From an uncultured SAR86 cluster bacterium (GTDB lineage Bacteria; Pseudomonadota; Gammaproteobacteria; Magnimaribacterales; AG-339-G14): a stretch of 64,000 nucleotides of DNA. How positions within the stretch are numbered: the first letter of the stretch is position 1; the number at the start of each line of letters is the position of its first letter. The DNA lies in the NCBI GenBank assembly GCA_902553315.1, contig CACDKN010000001.1, positions 19,641-83,640 on the forward strand, given 5' to 3'. Of the stretch, positions 1 through 9,750 are shown piece by piece. The position numbers and the translations under genes were made by a program. The notes beneath the pieces are model-generated. The model saw only the letters and a program-made list of their open reading frames with translations. It made no database searches and was not told the origin of the DNA.

Positions 1-986
1 TTGGGATAAAAAACTTAAATGATTTGATAGGAAGAGTGGATTTACTTGAAATGGAAGATGCTATCAATCATTGGAAAAGAGACGGCCTTGACCTATCAAA
101 AATTCTTACTCCAGCGCAAAAATTCTTCGAGAATACAGAAGTCTATAATACTCAAGAACAAAATCATAACCTGCAAAAATCAATGGATATGGCTTTAGTT
201 AAGACAATTAAAAACAATATCAAAACCAAACAAAAAATTGCAGTGAACCTAAACATTGGCAATACCAATAGAGTATTTGGGACAATTCTTTCAAATGAGA
301 TTTCTAAAATTTGGGGCGCTAACGGTCTTCCTAACGATACAATTAATCTTAATCTGAAGGGCTCTGCGGGGCAAAGCCTTGGAGCTTGGATTACCAAAGG
401 AATGACCATCTCCTTAGAAGGAGACGCTAATGATTACGTTGGAAAAGGACTCTCCGGAGGAAAAATAATAATTTACCCTCCCAAAGATAGTAAATTCGTC
501 CCCGAAGAAAATATCTTGTTAGGCAATGTTGCTTTATATGGAGCCACAGGTGGAGAGGCCTATTTTCGAGGTATTGCAGCAGAAAGATTTTGTGTAAGAA
601 ACAGTGGTGCCAGAGTAGTCGTTGAAGGCATTGGTGATCATGGCTGCGAGTACATGACTGGTGGAAGAGCTGTAATCCTTGGCAAAACTGGTCGAAACTT
701 TGGGGCCGGTATGAGCGGCGGTATCGCCTACGTTTACGATAGAGAAAAGTCCTTTGAAAAAAAGTGTAATTTGAGCACCTTTGAGTTAGAAAAATTGAAA
801 GTAAAGGAGGACTTGGATGAGTTAAAAGAATTGATAGAAAAACATTTCAGATATACTGGGTCTAGTGTTGCGAAAAAAATTCTGGATAATTGGAAAAAAG
901 AGACACATAATTTTGTAAAAGTTATGCCCACTGATTTTAAAAGAGTTCTACAAGAAATGGATGAACAAAAATTAAAGGTAAGTTAA
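1..986 (+). CDS. gltB: glutamate synthase large subunit, C-terminal GXGXG domain (5' end cut by window edge)
   Basis: The frame is open from nt 3 (GIKNLNDLIGRVDLLE...), so the TTG at 24 is not the true start. Repeated glycine motifs typical of the GltB C-terminus are present (LKGSAGQSLGAW, GKGLSGGKI, YGATGGEAYFRG, GIGDHGCEYMTGG). gltD follows directly. Confidence 0.9.
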   Translation, partial: GIKNLNDLIGRVDLLEMEDAINHWKRDGLDLSKILTPAQKFFENTEVYNTQEQNHNLQKSMDMALVKTIKNNIKTKQKIAVNLNIGNTNRVFGTILSNEISKIWGANGLPNDTINLNLKGSAGQSLGAWITKGMTISLEGDANDYVGKGLSGGKIIIYPPKDSKFVPEENILLGNVALYGATGGEAYFRGIAAERFCVRNSGARVVVEGIGDHGCEYMTGGRAVILGKTGRNFGAGMSGGIAYVYDREKSFEKKCNLSTFELEKLKVKEDLDELKELIEKHFRYTGSSVAKKILDNWKKETHNFVKVMPTDFKRVLQEMDEQKLKVS

Positions 987-2438
987 ATGGGAAAGGTTAC
1001 TGGATTTAAAGAACACGAACGAGTTGTTGAGCCTTATAGGCCAGCGAAGGAAAGAATAATTGATTTCAAAGAGATTTATACCGATCATGACGAATCTCTA
1101 CTTAATACTCAAGCGTCGCGATGCATGAATTGTGGAGTACCCTTTTGTCAATCAGGAGAAGGTTGCCCAGTTTATAATCTAATTCCAGAGTGGAATGATT
1201 TGGTTTATAACGAAAAATGGGAAGAAGCATTTAACAGACTTTTAAAAACTAATAATTTCCCAGAAGTTACTGGAAGAGTTTGCCCCGCGGTTTGCGAGGG
1301 TGCATGTGTTTTGGGTATTACCGAATCTCCTGTCACCATCAAAAATCTTGAATTCGCAATTGCGGACAAAGGGATTGAATCGGGATGGCTTAAACCTGTT
1401 GTACCGAAAGTAAGAACAAATAAAAAAATAGCCGTCGTTGGTTCTGGTCCAGCAGGACTGTCAGCCGCGCAACAACTAAATAGCGTCGGTCACTCTGTTG
1501 AGATCTACGAGCGAGCCGATAGAATTGGTGGCCTCATGATGTACGGAATTCCGAACATGAAACTAGACAAGTCCATAATAGATATGCGCATAGACATTAT
1601 GGAAAAAGAAGGTATCAGGTTCCACACGAACTGTAACATCGGTGGGAGCGAAAAAAATGACATTTCGGTAGATGAATTAGTTGAATCGAATGACATTGTG
1701 CTGCTGACTACCGGAGCTACTAAACCAAGAGACTTGCCAATTCCTAATCGAGAAGGAGATGGCGTCTACTTCGCAATGGAGTTTTTAGGACAAAATACTA
1801 AAAGCCTTTTAGACAGCAAACTAAGCGATGAAAACTTTATTGACGCCAAAGGTAAAAATGTCATTGTTATTGGAGGCGGAGACACTGGTAATGATTGTTT
1901 GGGAACCTCTTTAAGACATGGATGTAAGTCTCTGACCAATTTTGAAATTATGCCAGAGCTTCCTCAGGACAGGATGGATAACAATCCATGGCCGCTCTTT
2001 CCTAGAATCTACAAAGTGGATTACGGACACGAAGAATCGAGAGAAGTTTTTGGTAAAGACCCCAGAGAGTATTCAGTTTCTGGAAAAGAATTCTTAAGAG
2101 ATAAAAACGGAAAATTAACTGGGATTAAAACTGTCAAAGTCGATAAAGATTTTCAAGAGCTCCCAGGAACAGAGAAAATTTGGAGAGCGGATTTAGTGCT
2201 TTTGGCCATGGGTTTTTTAGGTCCAGAGCATTATTTGAATGAAAATTTAAATTTAGATCTAGACGAAAGATCTAATTTCAAAGCCGAGCATAACATTCAC
2301 AAAACTTCTCACCCAAAAGTGTTTGCCGCAGGAGATTGTCGTCGAGGCCAATCGTTAGTTGTTTGGGCAATTAATGAAGGTAGAGCTGCTGCAAGAGAAA
2401 TTGACCAAGAATTAATGGGTCAAACCACTTTAGAATAG
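987..2438 (+). CDS. gltD: glutamate synthase small subunit (NADPH)
   Basis: 483 aa. Cys clusters are present ([29 protein letters not shown]), as are two dinucleotide-binding motifs ([22 protein letters not shown]). The ATG immediately follows the gltB stop (TAAATG). Confidence 0.95.
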   Translation: MGKVTGFKEHERVVEPYRPAKERIIDFKEIYTDHDESLLNTQASRCMNCGVPFCQSGEGCPVYNLIPEWNDLVYNEKWEEAFNRLLKTNNFPEVTGRVCPAVCEGACVLGITESPVTIKNLEFAIADKGIESGWLKPVVPKVRTNKKIAVVGSGPAGLSAAQQLNSVGHSVEIYERADRIGGLMMYGIPNMKLDKSIIDMRIDIMEKEGIRFHTNCNIGGSEKNDISVDELVESNDIVLLTTGATKPRDLPIPNREGDGVYFAMEFLGQNTKSLLDSKLSDENFIDAKGKNVIVIGGGDTGNDCLGTSLRHGCKSLTNFEIMPELPQDRMDNNPWPLFPRIYKVDYGHEESREVFGKDPREYSVSGKEFLRDKNGKLTGIKTVKVDKDFQELPGTEKIWRADLVLLAMGFLGPEHYLNENLNLDLDERSNFKAEHNIHKTSHPKVFAAGDCRRGQSLVVWAINEGRAAAREIDQELMGQTTLE

Positions 2439-2465
2439 AATCCCTTTTAATTAAAGATTTTCATC

Positions 2466-2494
2466 TCATGAGGCTCAATTAGTGAGCCTCATGA
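2466..2494. terminator. bidirectional hairpin between convergent gltD and the TonB-dependent receptor gene
   Basis: Perfect 12-bp inverted repeat tcatgaggctca / tgagcctcatga (2466-2477 and 2483-2494) with a 5-nt loop (attag), flanked by A/T-rich sequence. It is the only clear stem-loop I found at any convergent gene junction in the window. Confidence 0.7.
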
Positions 2495-2502
2495 AATTAG
2501 TT

Positions 2503-5500
2503 TTATTGCAATCTGTAAGTAAAACCAGCTTTAACAAATCTTCCGAGCGGACTATGAGTATAAGCGTCATAGTTCATCTCCCAATTTACAAAAGGTGGCA
2601 GTTTATCTGCAATGTTATAAACGGAGAATGACAGGTCTGTCGAATCGTTCATACTATAAGTATAAGTGGCATCAAAAGTCCTGTGTTCAGCTACTCTTCC
2701 AGAATCTCTTCGGTTGTAATAGCTTGAAATATAATTTACAGCACCATAGAAATTATGTTTAGCATCCACATAATTTACAAAACCTTTACCTTTTTGTTCT
2801 GGCATTGGTCTGCAAGTATTGTTGATGTTGAAGAACCCAGCACACTCGTAAGCCGCAGCTACCAGAGCTCCGCCAACATTATAATCTGCAACAGAATACC
2901 CCAATATAGCGTTAGCTTCTAAACCGGTTGATAAAGTTCCATTACCAACATCAGTATCGTACTTAATAAATAAATCCAATCCGTCGGTTTCAGTTTTTGG
3001 ACCGTTAACGTAATTTGATTGAATTCTAGCGATATCTCCAACTCCAAAGGAACCATCGTTCACTAGGTTAGTTCCACCAAAGATTTGGCTTTGAATGGCA
3101 GCTTTACCAGCACCGCCTGCTCCATAAGCATTGGCTAATTGCTGATGGTTTTCGTTAATAATTGGATTGTCAAACTCAAAGTTATAGTAATCTAAAGTCG
3201 CCGTCCAATTGTCGGTTCCAAAATCAGTTATTAAACCAATGTTATAAGTGGTAGCTTCTTCTGGCTCCAAATTGGTGTTTCCAGTTAAGTCGACAGCTTT
3301 AAAAGCACCGGTTTGGTTTACGTACTGAAGTGCAGTAACCCTAGTTCTAGAAGTTTCGTCTGGATGAGGCGCTCTAAAGGTAGTTTGCCCAGTAAATCTC
3401 AATGTGACCGTATCGGTAGGAGAAAATCTAACTACTACTTTCGGGTCTATTGAATCAACAGTGCCATAATCTTCATACCTAATGGCAAGCTGTACGTCTA
3501 ACTGATCGCTCACTGGCAGTGCCAATTCAGCAAACAAAGCATCAACGTCTTGATCTTGGTCGCTATCAAAAGTTGGAGCCAAGAACATGAAGAGTCCCAC
3601 TGGATTAGCAGCACAAGCAGCTCTTCCAGCAGCGGTCTCATTTTGTTCAGGAATCAAACACGGATACAAGTCTCCATTATGAATATTAGTCATAGCGTTA
3701 GTTGCTGTTGGTCCATCTCTTGCTGGAGTCGAAGTTTTAAGATTGTAATCTCTTCTTTCATAACCCGCAGCCCAGGCAGCTTCTCCAGCATCGAATGAGA
3801 TGCTTGGCAAAGTTCCTTGCGCGATAAAATCAAACGTCATTAATTCTGACTCTGATAGAGTTATTCTCTGATCAATTAAGTATCTAAGTAACGCAGTAGG
3901 ATTGGCAACTGAAGCATCGTAGTTAGGATTGACTGGCATTCTTGCTCCATCCGCGGAACTATGATCTCTTTGCATCGCTTGTTGGACAGCGTTAGAAAGA
4001 GGATTCACATAAAGACAACCCGCTGGTCGAGTAGTTGATTGGACTACCGAAGCTGCAATTGCAGCGCCAGTAGAACTTACTTTAAATGTTGGAGTTCTGT
4101 CGGTTGCACTAGTTGTCAAGCCAGTTAGCTCGGCATCACAGTCTGGACCACCATAGCCCCAGAGAGCTGCCAAAAATTTGCTTTGTTGAGTGTCTGATGA
4201 AGAAAGCTCTCCTTCACTATTTGAGAAGTTAAAACTTGTTGAATATTGAACGTCATCGGTCAAATCGCCTTCAAAATTAAAAGCAAATCTATAGGTGTCA
4301 TATTCTCTATGCTCTGTTTGAGCTCCTTGAGAATTACCAAAGGGGTTTCCTGAAGCTCCCATCGACCTGGTTCTGATACCATGTAATGCCGCTCTGTTGG
4401 TTCCATCCCCACCATAATTAGCATCGGTTAGCGCGCTACAAAAAGTTGGGTAATCGGCACAGAGGACTGCCATGGCTGGGTGATTGTCAGGAATAGTGTT
4501 TGTTTTAGGATTGCTTGGTGGATAGGAAGGTGAAGTAGCGTAATGAGGTACTTCAGTAGTACTGTAAGCAAATTCCACATGGTATTCGTTATCATTAATC
4601 GTACCATTAAGTTCTAACCACAATTGGTTATTCTCTTGCTCTTCTTGAACGTTATCAAAGTAGGTGTACTGATACCTACAGAATCCGGCAAGAGCTGCGT
4701 CATCCGTTACATCTGTTCCAAACGCCCCGAGCGGAGTCATCGTTCCTCCAGCTGCGTTACAACCGGGATCAGCTAAGAAGTAATGGCCACCTAAACCTAA
4801 GGCTGCGTTTGCAGGCGCACCATCAGTACTATCACTCGTAAAAGTTCCAGGATTACCCATGCCAGAATATCCCCCTCTAGTGTTAGCAGCATAAGATTTT
4901 AAACCATAGACAGTATCTGCTGCTCTTAATTCAGGCTTAAATTGATACCCGAAAGAAACAAGTAAATTGGCATCGTTGGGCAACATTGTTCCATAAGTGA
5001 CTGAAAATTCTCTACCGTCGTCTTGAGCATTTGGTATACCTTTTCCAGCAACATTCATTCTCAAGCCTTCAAAAGTTCCATCGGTAATAAAATTCACCAC
5101 ACCTGAAATCGCATCCGATCCATACGTTGCAGCTGCACCCTCTTTTAGAATTTCAATTCTACTGATCGCAGACAATGGAAAGTCATGTAGGTTAACGGAT
5201 CTTCCAGCTCCTGTACTCAATGGCGCGGTAACTTGTCTTTTTCCATTTACCAACACCAAAGTTCTTTGAGTACCAAGACCTCTTAAATTAATATTTGAAA
5301 TTCCCTCAGCAGCATTTGATCCAAACTGGTTGGATTCACCGTCCATACCAGTGCTGCCAGGAACCATTTTTATCAATTCCACAATGTTCAAATTACCTTG
5401 TGCGGCAATGTCTGCAGCATCTAAAACAGTGATCGGAGAACCCGAATCAATTGGTGTTCCTTTAATTAAGGAACCTATTACTTGAACTTCCTCTTCCTGA

Positions 5501-5553
5501 GCAAATACCAAAGTAGAAGAAATAAAAATAATTAAACTTAATTTTTTAAACAT
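2503..5553 (-). CDS. TonB-dependent outer-membrane receptor
   Basis: 1016 aa. It has a signal peptide (MFKKLSLIIFISSTLVFA/QEE) and plug-domain motifs (VQVIGS, NLRGLG, TLVLVNGKR, ISRIEILKG-like). A long G/Y/N/T-rich beta-barrel region ends ...AGFTYRLQ. Confidence 0.9.
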   Translation of the reverse strand: MFKKLSLIIFISSTLVFAQEEEVQVIGSLIKGTPIDSGSPITVLDAADIAAQGNLNIVELIKMVPGSTGMDGESNQFGSNAAEGISNINLRGLGTQRTLVLVNGKRQVTAPLSTGAGRSVNLHDFPLSAISRIEILKEGAAATYGSDAISGVVNFITDGTFEGLRMNVAGKGIPNAQDDGREFSVTYGTMLPNDANLLVSFGYQFKPELRAADTVYGLKSYAANTRGGYSGMGNPGTFTSDSTDGAPANAALGLGGHYFLADPGCNAAGGTMTPLGAFGTDVTDDAALAGFCRYQYTYFDNVQEEQENNQLWLELNGTINDNEYHVEFAYSTTEVPHYATSPSYPPSNPKTNTIPDNHPAMAVLCADYPTFCSALTDANYGGDGTNRAALHGIRTRSMGASGNPFGNSQGAQTEHREYDTYRFAFNFEGDLTDDVQYSTSFNFSNSEGELSSSDTQQSKFLAALWGYGGPDCDAELTGLTTSATDRTPTFKVSSTGAAIAASVVQSTTRPAGCLYVNPLSNAVQQAMQRDHSSADGARMPVNPNYDASVANPTALLRYLIDQRITLSESELMTFDFIAQGTLPSISFDAGEAAWAAGYERRDYNLKTSTPARDGPTATNAMTNIHNGDLYPCLIPEQNETAAGRAACAANPVGLFMFLAPTFDSDQDQDVDALFAELALPVSDQLDVQLAIRYEDYGTVDSIDPKVVVRFSPTDTVTLRFTGQTTFRAPHPDETSRTRVTALQYVNQTGAFKAVDLTGNTNLEPEEATTYNIGLITDFGTDNWTATLDYYNFEFDNPIINENHQQLANAYGAGGAGKAAIQSQIFGGTNLVNDGSFGVGDIARIQSNYVNGPKTETDGLDLFIKYDTDVGNGTLSTGLEANAILGYSVADYNVGGALVAAAYECAGFFNINNTCRPMPEQKGKGFVNYVDAKHNFYGAVNYISSYYNRRDSGRVAEHRTFDATYTYSMNDSTDLSFSVYNIADKLPPFVNWEMNYDAYTHSPLGRFVKAGFTYRLQ

Positions 5554-5583
5554 AATCTCCCCCGTAACGTTTAATTAATATTA

Positions 5584-5605
5584 TTTTTTTAACATTTTTT
5601 TAACA
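5584..5605. repeat. perfect tandem duplication of the 11-mer TTTTTTTAACA upstream of the TonB-dependent receptor gene
   Basis: The unit tttttttaaca occurs at 5584-5594 and again at 5595-5605. On the receptor's coding strand it reads TGTTAAAAAAA twice, 31-52 nt upstream of the ATG at 5553. Confidence 0.9.
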
Positions 5606-5666
5606 AAATTCCTAAAATTTTTCTATTTATTTCTAGAATTAAAGGAAGCTAAAAAAATTTTTTTTA

Positions 5667-6242
5667 TTACCAATTTTTTGGCTTTAAAACTTCGTCAATA
5701 TATTGGGCTGGCACTGCCTCGATCTCGGTACCAAAAGTATCGTTCCACCGATTTAAAAACCCGAAGAAAGCAATCACAGAAACCATGTCTACAATTTGCT
5801 GCTTAGAGTAATATTTTTTCAAATTATCAAAGTGAGTTTTTGTTGCGCCGTTTGGAACCTCTCCTGAAGCGAAGGCAAGATCCAAGAGCGCTACTTCTTT
5901 CGCATCATAATGTTCGCTCTTTTGATAGTTAAGAATATCGGCTATTTTATCATTAGCTACTCCTGCCCGTTCTGCGCCATGAGAGGTATGTGACTGACAA
6001 TATTTGCATCCAGAACTTAAGCTGGAAGCTAAGGCAATCAGCTGTTTTGACTGCACGTCTAAAGAAACAGTATTAAAGACTGCAGCGGACATTTTTGCGA
6101 AAGCTTCAAGCAGCTCAGGCTTATCAGCCATAAGTAGATATGAATTAGGTAGATACCCCATAAAAGATTCAACTAACTTAAATAACTCTTCAAACTCAGG
6201 AAAATCTTCTCTTTCTTTAGTATCGATATAAGAAATGCTCAT
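5667..6242 (-). CDS. AhpD-like / carboxymuconolactone decarboxylase family protein (peroxidase-related, CxxC)
   Basis: 191 aa. The motif SGCKYCQSHTSH (CxxC followed by His) is characteristic of the AhpD-like fold. The composition is all-helical. Confidence 0.7.
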   Translation of the reverse strand: MSISYIDTKEREDFPEFEELFKLVESFMGYLPNSYLLMADKPELLEAFAKMSAAVFNTVSLDVQSKQLIALASSLSSGCKYCQSHTSHGAERAGVANDKIADILNYQKSEHYDAKEVALLDLAFASGEVPNGATKTHFDNLKKYYSKQQIVDMVSVIAFFGFLNRWNDTFGTEIEAVPAQYIDEVLKPKNW

Positions 6243-6251
6243 TGATTAATT

Positions 6252-6461
6252 TTAGCCATGAAAAGAATTAAATAAAGACACAAAAATTATCCCAGTCCCC
6301 AAGACACCGACTACTAAAATTAAATAGTCCACAAAAAACACCATAAAAAGTTTTTTCCAAGAAACTTCAGAATCTTTAGTTTTTAAAAAAGCGCTTACTT
6401 TAAAAAAAATAAAGCTAATCAAAAATACCACTGCGCCAAGAACAAACATTCCAAAATTCAT
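6252..6461 (-). CDS. small hypothetical membrane protein (two predicted TM helices)
   Basis: 69 aa with two hydrophobic stretches (FVLGAVVFLISFIFF and VDYLILVVGVLGTGIIFVSLF). It is wedged 3 nt after the upstream gene and 9 nt before the downstream gene. I recognise no family. Confidence 0.4.
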   Translation of the reverse strand: MNFGMFVLGAVVFLISFIFFKVSAFLKTKDSEVSWKKLFMVFFVDYLILVVGVLGTGIIFVSLFNSFHG

Positions 6462-6464
6462 TTT

Positions 6465-6995
6465 TTATCTTCTTTGTTTTAAAGCAATTTGCTCAAAGTT
6501 TAAATTTTTATATGTAAAAGAACTTTCTTGAATTAAGCCTCCAAACTTTTCATACCAGTCGTAATGTATGCCAAAAGACTCGCTATCAGGAGGCTCAATA
6601 ATGAAAGTCACGTCGTAAAGATCTTTGATGCTACCAGGTAACTTAATATTTTGAGCATAATGTAAATTATCTACCAAGTTCAAATGTGGGGTTAAATAGA
6701 TTTCAATAATTGCTCCTTTTTCATTTGTAACGATAGCTTTCACTTTGAGATAGGCGACAAACCCGCCTGAGGGCACTGAAACAAGATTATCTTCTGACCA
6801 ATTGGCCAACATTTCAATATGTATATCTGTCTCTGATTCTGACAAGTAAAATTTTTCAGGAAAAACTGTATCTTTTGGAGCAACTTCAAAGACTATTTTG
6901 ATCCCAGGATCTATTGTCTCCGATCCAATGATCATTTCTTCGGCAAGAATGTTAATGCTTAGCAAAATAAGCGTTAACTGGAAAAGATGTTTCAT
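6465..6995 (-). CDS. P19/FetP-like periplasmic metal (Fe/Cu) binding protein
   Basis: 176 aa with a signal peptide (MKHLFQLTLILLSINILA). Its blocks are colinear with my recollection of Campylobacter P19: DIHIEMLANW vs DVHLEADIHA, GGFVAYLKVKAIV vs GEWIPYLTISYTL, VDNLHYAQNIKL vs SDGPHYGANIKM, YDVTFIIEPP vs YKVTYHIEPP. The ATG overlaps the tesB stop (ATGA). Confidence 0.55.
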   Translation of the reverse strand: MKHLFQLTLILLSINILAEEMIIGSETIDPGIKIVFEVAPKDTVFPEKFYLSESETDIHIEMLANWSEDNLVSVPSGGFVAYLKVKAIVTNEKGAIIEIYLTPHLNLVDNLHYAQNIKLPGSIKDLYDVTFIIEPPDSESFGIHYDWYEKFGGLIQESSFTYKNLNFEQIALKQRR

Positions 6996-7864
6996 TTTTG
7001 TTTTACTCTAATTAAGCCTTCTTGAACTGCCGATGCAACCAATATACCGTCTTGAGTAAAAATATTACCCCTATTGAATCCATTTGCATTACTAGCAGAT
7101 GGACTATCTAAAGAATAAAGCAGCCATTCATCGGCCCTAAACTCCCGATGAAACCACATCGCATGATCAAGACTAGCTACTTGAAGTTTTTCGTAAGCTC
7201 CAAAACTAAATCCGTGTGGTCGCTGGGAAGTTCCAAGCAAGCCCATATCCGATGCGTAAGCTAAAACTCCTTGATGAATTAAGTGATTGTCCGGTAATTT
7301 CCCAGAGGCTTTAATCCACATATTTTTGAAAGGTTCGCCCTTCTCATTATCAAATGGATTTAAATTTTCTACGTTTCTAATTTCAATTGGTTTGTCTCTT
7401 AAAAACCCCTCAAGCATTGCTTTAGGGATTTTGTCTTTCATTTCTTCTCTAAACTCCCTATCGCTCTTAAGTTCTTCAGGACTTGGAACATCTGGCATTT
7501 CAAATTGATGCTCCAGGCCTTCTTCGGATATTTTGAATGAAACAGACATATTAAAAATATACTCTCCGTTTTGAATCGCATTAACTGTTCGTGTGGTAAA
7601 GCTTTTCCCATCTCTAATTCTTTGCACGTCATAAAGAATGGGCATATCAATTCTTCCAGGTCTTAAAAAATAAGCATGCAAAGAATGCGCTTTTCTTGAA
7701 TTGTCTACAGTTTCTTGAGTTGCGCTAAGTGCCTGACCTATTACCTGCCCACCAAAAACTCTGCCCCAAGCAGTTTGTTCACTTTGTCCTCGAAATAAAT
7801 TTTCTTCGAGTTTCTCAAGATTCAAAGTCTTGATTAATTCATCTAGTAGCTTTTGATCTGACAT
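6992..7864 (-). CDS. tesB: acyl-CoA thioesterase II
   Basis: The motif VFGGQVIGQAL and a double hot-dog layout match TesB. I use the internal ATG at 7864 (MSDQKLLDELI...), 1 nt after the cysE stop. The longer ORF reaching 7942 would overlap cysE by 77 nt. Confidence 0.9.
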   Translation of the reverse strand: MSDQKLLDELIKTLNLEKLEENLFRGQSEQTAWGRVFGGQVIGQALSATQETVDNSRKAHSLHAYFLRPGRIDMPILYDVQRIRDGKSFTTRTVNAIQNGEYIFNMSVSFKISEEGLEHQFEMPDVPSPEELKSDREFREEMKDKIPKAMLEGFLRDKPIEIRNVENLNPFDNEKGEPFKNMWIKASGKLPDNHLIHQGVLAYASDMGLLGTSQRPHGFSFGAYEKLQVASLDHAMWFHREFRADEWLLYSLDSPSASNANGFNRGNIFTQDGILVASAVQEGLIRVKQK

Positions 7865-7865
7865 T

Positions 7866-8654
7866 TTATTCTTTGATTGAATGGTCAACTGTTTTAGCGG
7901 GAGAATCAGAACTTGGCTTACCCACAGCAATTGCGGGGACACCTGCTACTGTTGTGTTCATTTCGACGTTATCAAGAACAACGCTTCCAGCAGCTACTTT
8001 GGCACCTTGACCGATTTCAACATTTCCCAAAATTTTAGCTCCCGCGCTAATCAATACTCCCTTTCTAACTTTAGGATGCCTATCTCCAGTAACTTTTCCA
8101 GTTCCGCCAAGGGTTACTCCTTGAAAAATTGATACATCATTTTCGATTACACTAGTTTCACCAATCACAATTCCAGTCGCGTGATCTAGCATCACCCCAA
8201 CCCCAATCGTTGCAGCTGGGTGAATATCTACGCTATATATTTTTGATGCTTGACTGTGAAGAAAATTAGCCAACAAAGTTTCTCCAATTTTTAAAAAGTA
8301 ATGACTTGCTCTGTGCGTTTGTAACGCTAGAAAGCCTTTGGAAAACAGCAGGGTTGATAAATATCCAGTAGATGCCGGATCTCTTTGTTTCACTGCAAGT
8401 AGATCCAAAACCAATCCATCCAAAATATTAGAATCTTCGTAAACTTTTTTTAATTCAGCGAAAAGAAATTTATTCGAAAAAGCTTTTGACGAAACATTTT
8501 GACCTAAATCGTTGGCAATTTTGAAACCTATGCTGTCAGACAACTTGTCGAAATCAGTAACATATTCGTTTAGGTAAGAATCAGACAATGATTGATCCCT
8601 AGACAATGATTTGGCCTCTTCCTGGATTTCTAACCAGATTTCTTTTTCCGTCAT
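7866..8654 (-). CDS. cysE: serine O-acetyltransferase
   Basis: 262 aa. Hexapeptide-repeat core DIHPAATIGVGVMLDHATGIVIGETSVIENDVSIFQGVTLGGTG, plus an N-terminal SATase helical domain. Confidence 0.93.
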   Translation of the reverse strand: MTEKEIWLEIQEEAKSLSRDQSLSDSYLNEYVTDFDKLSDSIGFKIANDLGQNVSSKAFSNKFLFAELKKVYEDSNILDGLVLDLLAVKQRDPASTGYLSTLLFSKGFLALQTHRASHYFLKIGETLLANFLHSQASKIYSVDIHPAATIGVGVMLDHATGIVIGETSVIENDVSIFQGVTLGGTGKVTGDRHPKVRKGVLISAGAKILGNVEIGQGAKVAAGSVVLDNVEMNTTVAGVPAIAVGKPSSDSPAKTVDHSIKE

Positions 8655-8757
8655 AAGCTTAGTTTAGATAAATTTGAAGTGGAATAGTTTACTAGATCGT
8701 AAGTATATTATCTTGCTGTTTTAAATGAAAAAAGGATAATAAGTACTCTTCTAAATT

Positions 8758-9750
8758 ATGGCAACAACATACAACAACTTTTCTAAGAATACACCTGACA
8801 TTTCACTAAACGTTGGCAATACCTTTGGCATAGACGCTGATTTTGAAGTTCCCGCCTTTGCAGAAGCTAACGAATATGTCCCAGATGTTGACGATACTTA
8901 TTGTTTCGATAAAAGTACAACTTTAGCAATTTTAGCTGGCTTTTCTGACAACCGAAGAGTCATGATTCAAGGTCTTCATGGCTCTGGAAAATCTACTCAC
9001 ATTGAACAAGTTGCAGCTAGGTTAAACTGGCCATGCGTCAGAATCAATTTAGATTCACACATCAGCAGATTGGATCTCTTAGGTAAAGACGCTATTACTT
9101 TAGAAAAAGACAAACAAGTCACAAAGTTCCAAGAGGGTATCCTTCCTTGGGCCATTCAGAATCCAACCGCCTTGGTTTTTGACGAATACGATGCTGGTAG
9201 ACCTGATGTAATGTTCGTAATTCAGCGTGTGCTTGAGGTTGATGGAAGGTTAACTCTTTTAGATCAAAATAGAGTGCTTACTCCAAATCCTTTTTTCAGA
9301 CTTTTTGCTACCGCAAATACTGTCGGTCTTGGAGACAGTACTGGTCTTTATCACGGCACCCAACAAATCAATCAAGGTCAAATGGACAGATGGCAAATAG
9401 TCTCCTGCTTAAATTATTTGAGTGTCGAATTGGAAACGAAAGTAGTCTTGTCAAAAGTAAAGGGTTTAGATAATAAAAAAGGCTCGGATGTCGTAAAAAA
9501 TATGATCGAGCTAGCAAATCTTACACGAGAAGGCTTCAAAAATGGTGACATCTCTAACTTAATGTCGCCAAGAACAGTAATAAGTTGGGCGGAAAATTAT
9601 CAAATTTTTTCTGATCTAGTTTCTTCTTTTGAATTAAGCTTTCTGAATAAGTGCGATGAAACTGAAAAACCAATCATTGCCGAGTATTTTCAAAGATGTT
9701 TTGATCATGAAACGTCTGATTCAATAAGCAATTTGATAGATCAAGATTGA
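8758..9750 (+). CDS. cobS: CobS-like AAA+ ATPase (MoxR/CbbQ-NorQ-related)
   Basis: 330 aa. Walker A is GLHGSGKST and Walker B is LVFDEYD. The block [32 protein letters not shown] closely resembles aerobic cobaltochelatase CobS as I remember it. Confidence 0.85.
   Translation: MATTYNNFSKNTPDISLNVGNTFGIDADFEVPAFAEANEYVPDVDDTYCFDKSTTLAILAGFSDNRRVMIQGLHGSGKSTHIEQVAARLNWPCVRINLDSHISRLDLLGKDAITLEKDKQVTKFQEGILPWAIQNPTALVFDEYDAGRPDVMFVIQRVLEVDGRLTLLDQNRVLTPNPFFRLFATANTVGLGDSTGLYHGTQQINQGQMDRWQIVSCLNYLSVELETKVVLSKVKGLDNKKGSDVVKNMIELANLTREGFKNGDISNLMSPRTVISWAENYQIFSDLVSSFELSFLNKCDETEKPIIAEYFQRCFDHETSDSISNLIDQD

Noticed and set aside
2503-5553. The TonB receptor (and katG at 55069-57207) look less AT-rich than neighbouring genes, which might indicate horizontal acquisition. 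The receptor also ends in ...YRLQ rather than a terminal aromatic residue.
   Set aside because: This was judged by eye only. G/Y/N/T/A-rich barrel proteins and highly conserved enzymes raise GC through amino-acid constraint. No mobility genes, repeats or tRNA flank them. A non-aromatic last residue occurs in some outer-membrane proteins. GC3 and codon statistics are needed before any claim.
5554-5666. A possible cobalamin or other riboswitch in front of the TonB-dependent receptor
   Set aside because: The 113-nt spacer is almost pure A/T. It has no B12-box-like (GCCACTG-type) or other G/C-containing conserved core, and it is too short and unstructured for any riboswitch class I know.
7865-7942. 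N-terminal extension of the tesB ORF (MSPQLLWVSQVLILPLKQLTIQSKNK), overlapping cysE by 77 nt
   Set aside because: The extension has no similarity to TesB. The ATG at 7864 gives a protein starting where TesB homologues start, and it sits 1 nt after the cysE stop.
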